A stretch of 63,076 nucleotides of DNA, the filler included, from Asterionella formosa (Eukaryota), in assembly GCA_002256025.1 (NCBI GenBank). It is 6 parts of 6 records of this genome, joined end to end, with 100 filler letters (N's around TTAATTAATTAA, not from the genome) between each part and the next. Parts side by side here need not be neighbours in the genome. Positions count along the whole stretch, not along the records: positions 27,957 to 55,795 come from NKIB01001395.1; 5 more parts are not named here. The stretch is one strand, 5' to 3'. Of the stretch, positions 39,932-52,594 are shown in pieces (positions within the stretch are counted from its first letter, which is position 1; each line of letters starts with the position of its first letter). The notes beneath the pieces are model-generated. The model was not told the DNA's origin. It saw only the letters and a list, made by a program, of their open reading frames with translations, and ran no database searches. Both the position numbers and the translations under genes were made by a program.

Positions 39932-40662
39932 CCTTCTGTGCTTGCATAAATCACTATATATGGGCTGTTTATGCTGCAGCATTCTAATTAGGTATAGCAC
40001 ATGTAAGAAAGAGAGAGGATCAACGTCTTGGATCTCCTGAAAGCCGAGACGACGAGTGCTACATGTATTGTAGGATAAATGTGGAGGATGAGGAGGAAGT
40101 CAAGGCGACTTTGTGAGATGCCTCATCCGAATGGGCGACGAGCAACGGCACTTTGCCTTTCGGCAGTTTGAAAAGGGTGTACGTGATTGATTCAGTCACT
40201 ATTCAACTGCCCATCACCAACGCACCAGTAGACATCCGCCGCCCTCTCTTGGCTAAAATAATACAATCAATTGAAATGCTAAAATAATAGCACAAATTAC
40301 CGGGGGTATATAACTAAATAAACCGACTATACTCCATGTACTCGTATCTATCATATGATGGTCAAATATAAAGTGATGTGTATGTAACACATCCGTGATA
40401 CATCATGATACCACAAGGCATGTCGCTAGGCATATATTGTCATGGGCTTTATGGCTGTATAATAGCCAATACCACCAGGTACACAGGATGATACGTATCG
40501 TATCATGCATGCATTGCCTTTCTTACCAGTACTGGTACAAGTACCGGTACCTACCAAACTTGCTTTGGAGATGACACAAAAAGCAATTTATTGAAACTTC
40601 ATACACCTTGTTTGTCACGTTGAACTCGATCTGTCGTCAACACCTCTAGAATCTTTACTGTT

Positions 40663-41841
40663 ATGCACACTCCTCCAAGTGTTTCGTACTCCCACGCCGT
40701 TTCCCGATCATCAGAGCTTCTATCTTGCGCTAAAACAGCCCTCAAAGTGGCTAAAGCGCAACACGCCAACGATCCCCCGTCGCATGTCCTGCAATGGTAT
40801 CAACAACTGGACCCTACTCAGTTACGACTCGCTGGAGAATCTCGTTCAGACAGTCCTGTGGTTGTATTATGCCAAGACGCGCTCTCGCTTCTCCGCGCCA
40901 TGCAGCAAGCACTCACAAAACTGCAAGCCTTGGTGCGTCGTCGGGGACACACCAATGATCCGACACACGATATTGCTCTTGCGGCGCAACAGCTGGAGCA
41001 GGACGCAAAGGAACTGAACGAGATTGTCACTGCTCTTCAAAGGACAAGGACTCAAACCGCGCAACACCATAGACATTTGGAATTGGTGGCGATGTGGTTG
41101 CAGACTATGGCATCGCAGCAAACCGCGGAATTGAAACAGATACTGCACTTGAGAGGAAATGTATTGGCAGACCAAGCGCAACGAAGAAAATTGTTAAACC
41201 CGCAAAAAAATTCTGGGACAAGCCGGCATACCATTATCAATTCGAGCCAAACACCAAGGCTTCCGTCGTCGAGGCCCCATGTGGCAGCCATGAATTCTCC
41301 TCTTTTTACAATGACGCCAGCAAATAAAGTATCGACACCGACCAATGGCTCCGCACGACCACAAAACTCGTATGTAGCAGCTGCCAAAACAAATGGTACT
41401 AGTTCAGACGCTTCTTATGGCGCATCTGGACATGGGTATGGAGGTTATGGTGGAGGTGCCAGCTATGGAGGAACCACTGGCATGCGGCAGCGACGCACTA
41501 CGGCGCAACAAGACAACCAAAATGATGTCGTGCAGGTACAATCTCAGATTCAAGAGCGTCAAGCCCAACGAGACACTCAAAATCGATTGGATCAAGCTAA
41601 ACAGGCCGAATCCACTCTGGCTGAACTGGGTACTCTCTTTGGGAAAATGACTCATTTAATATCTGCTCAAGGCGAGCAACTTGAGAAGTTGGAAGATGAC
41701 GTTGAAGCTGCCATGGGAGATGTCACAGCCGGACAAGAAGAAATTCAAACCCTTTATTCCATTAAAAAAGGAAATCGGGCCTTGATAATCAAGGTATTTG
41801 CTATTTTGATTTTCTTCATTCTCTTTATGAGGCTGTATTAG
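40663..41841 (+). CDS. STX5: Syntaxin-5/Sed5-like Qa-SNARE, 392 aa
   Basis: LTKLQALVRRRGHTNDPTHDI (Habc region), AESTLAELGTLFGKMTHLISAQGEQLEKLEDDV (Q-SNARE), NRALIIKVFAILIFFILF C-terminal TM. Confidence 0.88.
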   Translation: MHTPPSVSYSHAVSRSSELLSCAKTALKVAKAQHANDPPSHVLQWYQQLDPTQLRLAGESRSDSPVVVLCQDALSLLRAMQQALTKLQALVRRRGHTNDPTHDIALAAQQLEQDAKELNEIVTALQRTRTQTAQHHRHLELVAMWLQTMASQQTAELKQILHLRGNVLADQAQRRKLLNPQKNSGTSRHTIINSSQTPRLPSSRPHVAAMNSPLFTMTPANKVSTPTNGSARPQNSYVAAAKTNGTSSDASYGASGHGYGGYGGGASYGGTTGMRQRRTTAQQDNQNDVVQVQSQIQERQAQRDTQNRLDQAKQAESTLAELGTLFGKMTHLISAQGEQLEKLEDDVEAAMGDVTAGQEEIQTLYSIKKGNRALIIKVFAILIFFILFMRLY

Positions 41842-41955
41842 AAATGCAGTATAGAATGCTAATACTAAAATGCTTCTTATGTTTAACATTTCCTCGATGT
41901 CAAAAGAAATTGCATTAGTCAATGGCAGTTGATGCCAAACCAATGACTATATCAT

Positions 41956-43049
41956 CTAGCCTACAAAAAAATCAGAAAACGCATCTACACAACAGCCACA
42001 GCACACGTCGGTTCCACTTTCTCCATCAAGAGCAGATGCCACACCCACTACACCTCCTATCACAGCAGCACCTGCCATCAACGTAGCAATTTCTCCAAAC
42101 GCATACCCCGCTTGTTCGGTCATGGTCAACGTATTTGGATCGTCCTCTTCGAGCGGCGCCACTAGTTTGTAAGGCAATTTCACTACCGAGTGACATGTGT
42201 CCATGACAAGAGTCGTATGGACACCAGCTGGCACGGCACAGAGCAAAAACTTGTAGAGCTCGTCGCCATGAATGTGACCAGCGCTGCTAAAATCAGAAGG
42301 AATAATGGTTTCCTCGTAGCCTGATTTTGGATCCTCGTCATTGTCCTTCCATCGTCCACCGTGACCTGGGGGCCAAAAACAAAGATTCCAATGAGCATGC
42401 TTCATTAAGACCAAGGCAACGTGGCATTTGCGCTTGGCAAGGACTCAAGTTTCTCACCTGAATAGTGGATAAAGGCGGTATCACCTGCATGACTGAGTTT
42501 GCAGATTCCGAGCAAGGCCGCAATGATATTTTTACGTGTTGGCTCCTGCTGACGCTTGTCGTCCATCAAAATGACAATGTCACTCTCGCGAAAGCCCTGG
42601 ACCTTTACCAAGTAGTTCTTCATGTTTTCGACATCAAGGTGAGAATTTTCAAGAGCATTGACTTGTGCAATGTAATTAATTCCAATCAAGATGGCTCGCT
42701 TCGTGGCCTTTTCTCCCATTTTGTTAGGGACAAACTCGAATGGCTTGTTGAGTTGGATCTTGCGTGAGGAGGAAAGTTCAGGAAGGCAATTACGAGCGCC
42801 TGCTTCCTCCATGTACGTTCTCATCTTCTTGAGAAAATCAATCCAGCTCATGTTTTTGGGTGCGGTGGTGAGCTGATCTCGCCACAAGGCACTTATCATG
42901 GCTCTGGTACAGATTCCACTATGAGTGGCGACAGGAAGCTCGAAGGGACCTACAGTCTCAAAGTTCGCGTCAAGGTTGGAGAAGTGGCAGGAAATCATGT
43001 GAATTTCGGCCGGAAATGCACTCTTGGCTTGGTCAGCAAAGGACGGCAT
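41956..43049 (-). CDS. Type III-like (p10-before-p20) metacaspase, peptidase C14, divergent, ~333 aa; intron 42366-42457
   Basis: N-terminal p10-like segment (IHMIS...GICTRAM...PELSSSR), then p20 KRAILIGINY, PTRKNI, spliced HYSGHGG (His) and MDTCHS (Cys). Confidence 0.87.
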
Positions 43050-43825
43050 GATGAGGGCAAGAAGTGGTTCAGAAAGAGAAAGTTCGGGGCTTCACCAAAG
43101 GGAGACAAAATTAAGCACAATTGTGTCCCACGAGACGTGCTTAATGAATGGAAGGAACGAGTTTACAGTTAGTAACAAACACTGAACAGATGCTTGCCTA
43201 TTGCATGACTACCCGCTTCATATGGTTGAATGAATCGAATTTCGGTTCATTCCATCTGCAGCTTCTCTGGACTTACTCAGGTCCCTGCTTGTTTCCATAA
43301 ACATCAACGATTTGAATGATATTTGGGCCGGCAAATTGAAGACATATGTACTACAGCCTTTGATACATATGATTGTCATGTGTATTGTGCGTAATTGATC
43401 GGGCGCGTTCTCTCGAGCAAGAGAGTGCAGGAATGCCGGCATGATTGTACTGGAGTTTTCTACTCCGCACCACGCCACTGCAGGGCTGTACTACCGGTAA
43501 ACTACCGGTAAATCGTTCTCCTTATTTTTTTAGTATGTTGGGGATATAACTGTTATGTACTTATACGCACAGCCAACATTGGCAGATTCTACGTATTATC
43601 AGGGATATGGTACGACGGCGGGCAGGAAGGTGCAACGGGGAAGCAACAATAGTGAAGTATTTTGTTAAAACAAGAATTGTTGATGATGAACAACGAATTT
43701 CCCGCGAGGGCATTTTTTAAAACTAAATATAATCAAAATATGAGGTTTAGACACTGATTTAAGATTCATGAGCCATGTACAAGTGCAAAGTTTAGGATTG
43801 AAAAACACTCTGTACCAGTTCTCAT

Positions 43826-45433
43826 TCAAACCTTGATTGGATCATGGATCCACAAGTTAGCCAGCCACTTTTCGCCATCCGTGACAGGAAGTGCAGCGTG
43901 TTGTGTGAGCTCATCCATATTGCCGTCTGGTGTGAGCATGTAAAAGATGACTGCCTTGCCCTTCTCTGGTGTAACATTCAAAGGACCAGATGTCTCAGCA
44001 TTCCGCCACCGAGGGAAGGAAGTCTCGCCCCCTTTCATCCCTTCGTTGAGGTACATCAGTACATTGATAGATCGACTTGGCGAGTTCTTGTGACTGCGCT
44101 CTGGGTAACCAAAGTCATGATGAGCCGTATACTCCTCACCAACATTGTAGTGTACCAATTGCAAGTCTTCTGAAATAGGTTCACTTGTACCGATTTCAGG
44201 GTACTCATCAGGAAAGCGATGTCGGAGCAGAGCTTCGTCCATCTTGAGCAAGTCAGCGATCCGGCGATAGACAGTGTCGAGAATGGGTGAACTGTATCGA
44301 GAGACCCATGTATTTGTGGAAGTGCGAGTGTCAACATCCGCACCAATGTCATTGGCGTTGTTGCCAGTGGTGGACCGAATCAGATTTTTTCTGCGGGCAA
44401 CATCAAGAATGTGGTCGACTTCAATGTCAGATAGAAAATGTGGAATTTCCAATATGCGCGGCTCACATGATACCACTGTCATTGTGATATCCATTGTCGA
44501 AAATTCCGTTCTGAAATCTTGTAGTGGAATAATATCAGATACATTGCGGCGAAGGCTATTCATATCCATTCGATGAAGTTCTTCATCCACAGGTAAGGCA
44601 ACAAATTGAGTTTCTTGTGTTTGAACGTGATGAGTTTGTCCAATCTCATCTGTAGCCCAAATATGGTGCCTAGGCTTGTCTCTAGGAAACATGCTTAACC
44701 ATTCAGCGCCCCCAGTAACTTCCTTGTAAGCCTTCGAGAATTCAAGGTTCAATCGATGGGCATTGTATGCCTCCAAAGATGACTTTGTTAAAGTCTCCTT
44801 TCTCATCAAATGTTCATTGGTCATGCATCGCCCCGGTTCGCCTTCATCATTGGAAAATGGGTCGTAGAAGTAAACCATTGTTTCTTCACTGACAATGAAC
44901 CGGCAGACGACTTCATTTGGACTACCATGCGGAGCGAAGAAGAATTTGTGTCCTGGAGAAACCGCAGTTCCAGTAGCCTCAAATGCTCCGGCATTTCCAA
45001 TATATTGCCCTTTTCCGTCATTGTCCCAGTAGAGATCCAGACGCCGATCCGACATGTTAATAAATTTTCCGGCTTGACCTGTGAAATCAGGTTTCTTTTC
45101 AACCCTTGAACATGATTCCTCACCGTAGAATGTTGAAACATCTCGCCGTACGTAGGCTTGGAAGTTGTACTCTGGCATCCACTGCAGGTCCGAAAGGTTA
45201 GAATCTCCTTTAGGAGTTACAGAGGGAGCATTTGCTCCAGCATCGGTAGTTTCATATTGACGCCCGAGCTCGTCGATGATATATACTATCTCAGTCAGAA
45301 CAGGCGGCGACTCATGAACAGCGGGAATCTGTGCTGCATTGCTACACGAGCTTCGAACGATCAAAACACCAGCAAAGAGCGAGTTGATTAAGGTGGAGAG
45401 GAATGGTAGGAGAAGATAAGCGTGGGATTTCAT
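43826..45433 (-). CDS. Secretory-pathway prolyl 4-hydroxylase-like 2OG-Fe(II) dioxygenase, ~535 aa (ORF open to 45499)
   Basis: N-terminal hydrophobic segment; EPRILEIPHFLS, RTSTNTW, EDLQLVHYNVGEEYTAHHD (HxD), LMYLN..GGETSFP, QHAALPV..GEKWLANLWI. Confidence 0.88.
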   Translation of the reverse strand: MKSHAYLLLPFLSTLINSLFAGVLIVRSSCSNAAQIPAVHESPPVLTEIVYIIDELGRQYETTDAGANAPSVTPKGDSNLSDLQWMPEYNFQAYVRRDVSTFYGEESCSRVEKKPDFTGQAGKFINMSDRRLDLYWDNDGKGQYIGNAGAFEATGTAVSPGHKFFFAPHGSPNEVVCRFIVSEETMVYFYDPFSNDEGEPGRCMTNEHLMRKETLTKSSLEAYNAHRLNLEFSKAYKEVTGGAEWLSMFPRDKPRHHIWATDEIGQTHHVQTQETQFVALPVDEELHRMDMNSLRRNVSDIIPLQDFRTEFSTMDITMTVVSCEPRILEIPHFLSDIEVDHILDVARRKNLIRSTTGNNANDIGADVDTRTSTNTWVSRYSSPILDTVYRRIADLLKMDEALLRHRFPDEYPEIGTSEPISEDLQLVHYNVGEEYTAHHDFGYPERSHKNSPSRSINVLMYLNEGMKGGETSFPRWRNAETSGPLNVTPEKGKAVIFYMLTPDGNMDELTQHAALPVTDGEKWLANLWIHDPIKV

Positions 45434-45573
45434 GGCGATCTCTTTTGGCATAAAGTGAGAACAAAAATCTGAGGTGATCGGTATGGCTCTGTTGTGCATG
45501 TTGTTCGTGTTTGAATTTTGTGATGCAACTCCTTCGTCTGATGGTTCGCATTTGGTCGGTTCGCATCAATATC

Positions 45574-46350
45574 TAAGGTTCCTGCATTTCAACCCTAAGG
45601 CAATAATTTAAATATTGCTTAGGGTTGCCGAAATTCCCTGGAACTAAGAATTTATTTGAGCTATTTTTGAACTACATGATTCCCTTTTTAACATTCAAAT
45701 CAGTGGAAATTTGCGCGTACGTGCATAGACTCCTTTTCGCATTCGCTAAGGTATATACCGGTACCTGGTACCGTAAATCCCGTGCTCCAGTCTTCCACCA
45801 CGCTCCTGTCTCCTCAGTGTACATATTGTGCTACACAAACAAATATTTTTTATGTGCAGAAAAGAAGACATACCGGTATTATTTTTCTATTTTAAGATAT
45901 TTTTTGTATTCGCCGGTATGGCTACAATCACGATCAAGGTACCGGTACTGGTACCAGGTACCTGGCACCAGGGTTCCGGAAACCGATGAATCACTCGTAA
46001 GTGCTAGTATATTATTATTTAGCTTAAGTAATGCGATTCTTTTATACACTCAAAACATTGAAGTGCAGTCGTTACGTTCGGTTGGAGCATCTTGTAACAT
46101 GTTGAGAACGCCTTGACCATGACAAAAATAGCGAATATCTACATGAAAATTGAGAACGACGCTTTCCAATTTAGTCCGTATATCGTAACCAACATAGAAA
46201 ATACGATCGTAAAAGAATTACTTTAATAACACAAATATTAACAGCGAAAATTAGAGATACCACAACATTTTTTCACAAAGTCAATGTATGCACAATTCAA
46301 AACGACGATGCTCTGAACAGATTTGACGCTGTCGCAGTAGCTGCGCAATC
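45574..46350 (+). mobile_element. Terminal region of the same putative DNA element as 1040-5059, opposite orientation
   Basis: 45574-45737 matches rc of 4897-5059; ~46000-46350 matches rc of 1040-1385. Confidence 0.65.
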
Positions 46351-47539
46351 ACTATAACAATAAAATGATACTCTCTAGGAAAGTATATGAAACAAGCTTT
46401 TTAAACCAAGAATTGGTTGTTTGTATTGACGCCGCAAAAGGATGCATAGCATGCCTTTTGGTTTCTTGACAACAATGCACCCCTGTGTATGAGTGAAGAT
46501 ATTTTTTCGTCATGCAAGATGCACAAAAATCATAGCATGAATTGATTGGCTTGCGGAAATTACAGCAAGACAGAACTTTGTATAACCTACACAAGATAAT
46601 ATGTGTGTGAAAAAGGTACATAAAGCTGTGTCACTCTAGAAATAAGTATGCTACTTGTGCTAATTTTCTGGCGCACAAGTGCGCCAAAATTTAGAAAATC
46701 AATTCATCATAGAAACCAATTCAAGCAGCCAAGAACAATATCACTTCTTATTAGCATTTGTATGTTTCAACTATGGAGAAGAGCATGGGTATGACGTTTT
46801 GATCAACAGAAGTTGGCAATGCCAAAATCGCCATCATCCAGTCTCCCCATCTAAGTAGGGAGGCACAATTCCGTTTGGAGATGAACAGAAGATTTGTCAT
46901 CTGTTACATCTGAGACCCACCAGCCAAGTCAACATACTTTCATATTGGAACAGTTTGGCCTCAAGTGACAACGACAAACATTTGTGAGGATATGTTTCAG
47001 TTGGAAATAACTATTCTTCAATTTTGTATCGACAAAATTTTGAGCTCCCATATAGATTAAAAAATACTGAACGAAGTATTTGGACGACTTCCTTGCAAAT
47101 CATCTTTCAAGAAGGATAATGTTGTCAACGTGAAATCCATGATCCAACGAATGATTGAAAAAATTGCTCCCTTCAAATGGTATAATCATGCACCTCTCGG
47201 CCACATTTCTGGATGCATCAAAATTGACAAAAAGTTGAAAAAATACTATTTCTGATGATAGCCCTTCTGGAATCAAATTGAAAAAGTTTCCAGACTGATA
47301 TCGAACTGCAGTTGAAAAGTGGAGAAGAAAAATTGCGAAGGAAACGAGAAGGACCATCTTGGGTTCTTTGGGAGTAAAAAAGAACAAATATTGGACCATT
47401 GGGATCATCCAATGTCATCATTTGTTAGGACATTGTAGTTTGTGAAAACCTCCTAATAACTTAACTAGTATGTCAAACTATATTATCACTATAATTTATA
47501 TTGTTCTTGCGTGTTTATCAACGTTCGCTTGTTGTTAGT

Positions 47540-48545
47540 TTTGGTCCCATCTGATTGATTTCCATAAATGACATGGAGGCATGGCAACACAAAAATTATC
47601 TTTTCATATCTGTTCCAAAACTTCTTGCGGTTTCAGAGATTTATTTGATTCCTGTGGTTTCAAAGCAGGAGTAACAAATGCTGCCAAAAGTATGTCATGA
47701 AATTCAACAACGCTCAATTCAGTTGTATCATTGCATAAGGTGTCTCTTCTTGCAAAAAACATACATTTATGAATTTTCATTTCAGTTGAACTTCTCAAGG
47801 AACGAATGCACGCTAAGAAAATGGTTGTTGTGTTGGAGAAAATAACATTTACCCAAATAAGTAGTTTTGCTGGAACTGTGTAGGAACTTGATTCATCTCC
47901 TTTCTCCCAGTTCACTTCCACTTCAACCCAGTCAAACCATTCACGACCAGAGACTCCTGCATTTGAATCATCATTCCATTTCGAATGGCATCTGAAAATA
48001 GTAGTTTGGCAGGGAACGTTCTTTTGATCTTTAACATGATAATAAAAGTCAATCCTTACAATGGAAACAGGTTCAACCCCCTCTTCAAGACTTTTTATTC
48101 TTGCTATTTTTATTGCTGAATTCGCAATGCTCTTTACGTAGTTGGCCCCCTTCTATAAATCAGGATGAACCAATTGAGACAAGGGTGCATCCTTACTCCG
48201 TGATACATGCCCAATCTTATTAGGGACACCTGATATAGTCCATAGACCATTTGATGATGAAGCAGAGAATTGAACTTGAACAGGAAGAGATGGTGAAAGG
48301 TTCTTGGTAGGCGAAAATGCCAAATTATTAGGCGGGGTACTACTAGGCCATGTCCTTGTATCCTAAATCATTCCCTCGAAATCAATCTCTGTTGAATTAC
48401 GCTCTGTTACATTGAGTTATACTTTACACATCTCCTTCTGCTTGTTTTCTGTATTTAATGAATCACTTGCAAAAACAATTTTTCGTGCCATGGAAAACTG
48501 CTTTGTCTCATGACCTTGTTAAATTATCATGCTCTTATTCAATGT
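47540..48545 (-). mobile_element. Plavaka-like transposon, transposase C-terminal region (degenerate)
   Basis: IFRCHSKW...REWFDWVEVEVNWEKGD...VPAKLL...VVEFHDILLAAFVTP; homologous to 14965-15700. Confidence 0.72.
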
Positions 48546-48655
48546 AATTGTAGAACCATTTTTATCAGGAGACAAATCTGGTGTGACCAAATTTCAACTA
48601 ATCTTCGGGCATAGTGTGAATTGCAATTACGTGTTGTTGGTTCGCTGATCAATGG

Positions 48656-50058
48656 ATGCCAGAACAGAAGCATTTTGCTTCTTGGTGCTGAAAGAAAATT
48701 TCCGATTGCAACAAAAATATTTGGGTTTCAATCCAGATACGCATGAAATTTCAGAGAACGATATTCGTCATTCTACTGATTTTGTCGACATTGGTGGGAA
48801 ACCCGTCCACTTATCAAAAAAGTGTTAGGGAAGAAAGTTCAGTTTCAAATGATCTCACTGATCTATGGACTGATGATTTACTCGTTTATTATAAGGAAAT
48901 CTACACTAGTTTTTCACAAAAGAATCGATCTGAATATGGAAGGAATCCTAGCAGTGGAATTGCTACTGCCACCATAAATATCATCTACCCACACTCATAC
49001 TTCTCATTTCTCAATGTAAGTGAAGAGGATATGCATCAATATATTGAACCACTTCAACCAAATGTTCCTGAGAAAAATATTGATTACAATGAACGCATTA
49101 ATCAACGGGACATACTTAGTAGTTGCATATTAAAAATAGTTAGTGTGAGACTTCTACAATTCACAAATCATATCATAGATGATAGGAAAATATTGACGCT
49201 GCTCTATACTTCTAGTAGTGCCGCCTGTACTATATATAGCGGTCTACCTCCATTTTTACTACTATGGTGGAATGATAATTTCACGACACTGTATTTTCCA
49301 GCACAGCATGTTCGAAGTGGCTGGCGCTCAATTTATTATTGTATATAATTCATTTTCATTCCATCCTTTTCATATCCTGACTTGGTCATCATTTGCAATT
49401 TGCAATGTCTTTGCGCACAATGCAATGGTGGCTGTTATCTGTGTAACTACAAATTTCGGAAGAACAAATCCCCATCTGAGTCTCACAATCGAAATTGTAG
49501 CAACCGCGTTTTCTATGCATATGGTCACTGTCAACATTGCATGCAAGAACATCGAGTTCCTGGAATACATAATGAAACTATGTATTGCGGTAGTGCGCGC
49601 ATCGAATCATTCAAGGAAAGAAGTTAATGGCAGTGTAACTGCTGCAGCATTTAGGGAGAGTAGACAACAAGAAGAGATTATGTTGTGTCCTATCCTTGAA
49701 TCAAGTGGCCACAATCATCCATTTCATGACGACAACGACGATTCAGTTTATAACAATATTCAGTCACAACAAGACGAACAATTGAGGCTAAAAACTCTCC
49801 AAGGATTGAATTCAGAGACCATGCAAGATTCAGATTTTCAAGATCACACCGGCTTTCTCCATGAAAATGCAATGGAAATACCCCTTCCTCCTCAATTTCA
49901 ACTTCCAAGTAAACAATCTCTAAACATGCATACAATCGAATAAGAACTCATGTTATTCCTTAACGAGAATTACCTTCCACCAGATAACTTTGATAATCTA
50001 ATGAAATGGCTGTTCAAGGCAAAAGCAATGAAATATTTTGATGGAAGGTATCAAGCTC
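48656..50058 (+). repeat. Left arm of 1403-bp near-perfect inverted duplication (partner 54393-55795)
   Basis: Identical 201-aa and 241-aa ORFs on opposite strands; mirrored coordinates sum to 104451; one substitution noticed (49448/55003). Confidence 0.95.
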
Positions 50059-51910
50059 TATCCTAACAGACTTTGAAGAAATGCAGAGATGTTTCATTTC
50101 TTCCAACATTAGCTGGTGATTATCTGTTGACCTAACAAATACAGATTGATAACAATTCAAACATGATCATCCCACGCACACTCCATTATTTTGAACCAGT
50201 ACAGCTCATGGCAGGATTGCTACGTGATTCCGATATCATGCAACATTTTGTATGTCACCCACAAGTGAAACTTACAACTTGTGGAGAACGCATATATGAC
50301 AAAGTAACTTCCGCGACATGGTTTGAAAATGCATTCAACAATTCTCCTGCAGCAGAAAATGGAGTGTTGAAGACAGGGTGTTTATTTGTTGCCCTAGCAG
50401 TTTTCAGTGATGGTTCACCTATTGATAAACCAATGAAACATTCCGAGCATCCGTTTTTGCTCACAATGTTAAACTTAACGTTAGAAGGAAGAATTGTAAA
50501 AAGTTGATGGATGGCAATTGGTATCTCTTTTGCCGGACATTGAAGTCAGTGATCTGGAGAAACAAATGAATAATAAGTTATCTGGTGACAACTTGTCCTT
50601 ATGTAGACTCAAATTATACCATTCTGTTACAGGATTTCTATTGTCGCCTTTCGAAGAGCGTTCCAAACAAGTCATACGATATTTGGGTTCATGGTCTTGG
50701 TATGACAAAAGTTTATTTCCAGATTGGAATGATCATTGGTGATACAGAAGAGCACAACAAAATTTGCTGTTTCAGGGGTGGTATTGGGTGGATTATATCG
50801 ACGAAATGTTTGTCGTGATTGTTTGCTTGTTTCAACTGAAGATGCTGATAATCCTGGTATTGGATGTGAACGTCGTAAAGTGTCAGATGTTGAAATTTTT
50901 CAAAACAAATTTCTTGACAAAAATGCATATCCAGATGGAAAATTACCATGTATTCCACCTGAGTATTGTGTCTCCCAATCTAATGGCAAATACGCACAGC
51001 AAACGAGTGGTGCCGTGTTTTATCGCTTAATCCTATCATTATGCCTGCAATATTAAATCATTTTTTGGTGTTATTTGGTGAAACTCCATTTGAGTTTCTT
51101 CATCAATTACTACTTGGAATATTTAAGCACATTTTGGAATCATTGTACAATTATCAGACTATCCCTGAAGAATGGACATGATTTTTTAAACAAAAAAAAA
51201 CCAGATGTTCCAAAGAAAATCTCTGATCAGAAACGTATCACTGAAACAACCGACACTGCTTTTCTTGATCAAGAGCATCCGAAGAAACGGGCAAAGACCA
51301 AAAAGGACACATGCACCAGTTATCAAAAATATCTACACTGGCAAAAATCAAGACCCAACACTTGTACCCCCACCAGCACCAGAAATGTAGCTATTTTCGA
51401 AACAATACTATACTTCGAACAAAGTGCTAGATATATCAATAGTCATTTGGAAAGGCAAAGCGATCGTGATATTCCAAAATTGTCATACAGATCTGGGATG
51501 ACAGCTTTGTCGAAAATGTTAGGGCAAGAAATTCCCGGATTATGTCTGTTAACTATTTTTTCAATGGGTGGAATGATGGGTTCAGAGAACGTGCACCTAG
51601 ACAAGGATTTCACATTGCTGTTATGGCTTTGTATATATATCAATGACACTTTATTCATACCGCAGTATGCATCAACATGTATTGATATTTTAGAAGAATA
51701 CGCTAAGAGATTAATGAAAGTTATTAAGATTAGCTATGATTGGTCCCCAACGGGAAATGATATCTCAAATTGGCTTCTTACGAATGGCAAAATTTCATGG
51801 AATGAAAGATTACCCTCATCTGATTAGGAAGTTCGGATCTCCTCTTAATTTCATTGGTGGATATTTGTAGTCATTTTTGAAAGATAAATTGAAACGACAC
51901 AGTAAGCGTC
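49740..51910 (+). pseudogene. Plavaka-like transposase pseudogene (N-terminal and core region)
   Basis: ELMLFLNE..FDNLMKW; IYDKVTSATWFE..LAVFSDGSPID..EHPFLLTMLN; IIGDTEEHNKIC; CRDC; LGQEIPGL; HLIRKFGSPLNF..SFLK; many stops and frameshifts; family call from motif recall. Confidence 0.7.
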
Positions 51911-52594
51911 GTCAGCATATAAAAACTATCATATTTCCATGATACATCATAGGATTGTAATCATCTGATCATATTCTTTCGTTGTATCATCTAATAATTT
52001 TGACAAATTCCCTTGTAATTTAAAAAGCAACCTTTCTGACTACATATATTTAATTGTTATATGTATTGTTTCTATTGCATTCCTGTATTCGAATTTCTTG
52101 GCAGGATAATGTGCCAGCTAAAGTAATGTAATTTGGCTCGTCATTTCCATCCGTCATCACTCCGATTTTTGCAACAACAACGAATTCCTAGCGATGACAA
52201 GTGGAATGATTGTTTGCGATAACGTCTTCAATTGTTGGTCAAGTGATCATTATATCTTCGAGTAATCGTCATGTGCAGTGAATCTTGGTTCTTAATCATT
52301 CAATTAAGAGTTTACAGAGAAGAAATCATTCGAACTTGTAATGGTTCCGCACACAACGCACATTGTGAATCTGTATCGTCGACCACCAGCATTACAATCT
52401 CGCCAATCAACCCATAAACAAATACACTCTGCTTGTTCTTGTTGACATTTTCAATTCTCGCATGACGCTACATCTACTATTGAGATTCAGCATAGAAGGA
52501 GATACAAAAATGTATTAGACTGCTATCCACATAGTTATAGTTATAGTTATAGAATGATTCTGATTACAATTTCTTTTTCATATCGCTCGTTTCT

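Noticed and set aside
26769..41841. Yip1 plus syntaxin-5 as an ER-Golgi functional cluster
   Set aside because: Separated by unrelated genes and a contig linker; no evidence of co-regulation
49218..49943. 241-aa ORF (and mirror copy 54508-55233) as an intact host gene
   Set aside because: Lies within the duplicated element, lacks an ATG at the called start, and its 3' part runs into the transposase pseudogene frame
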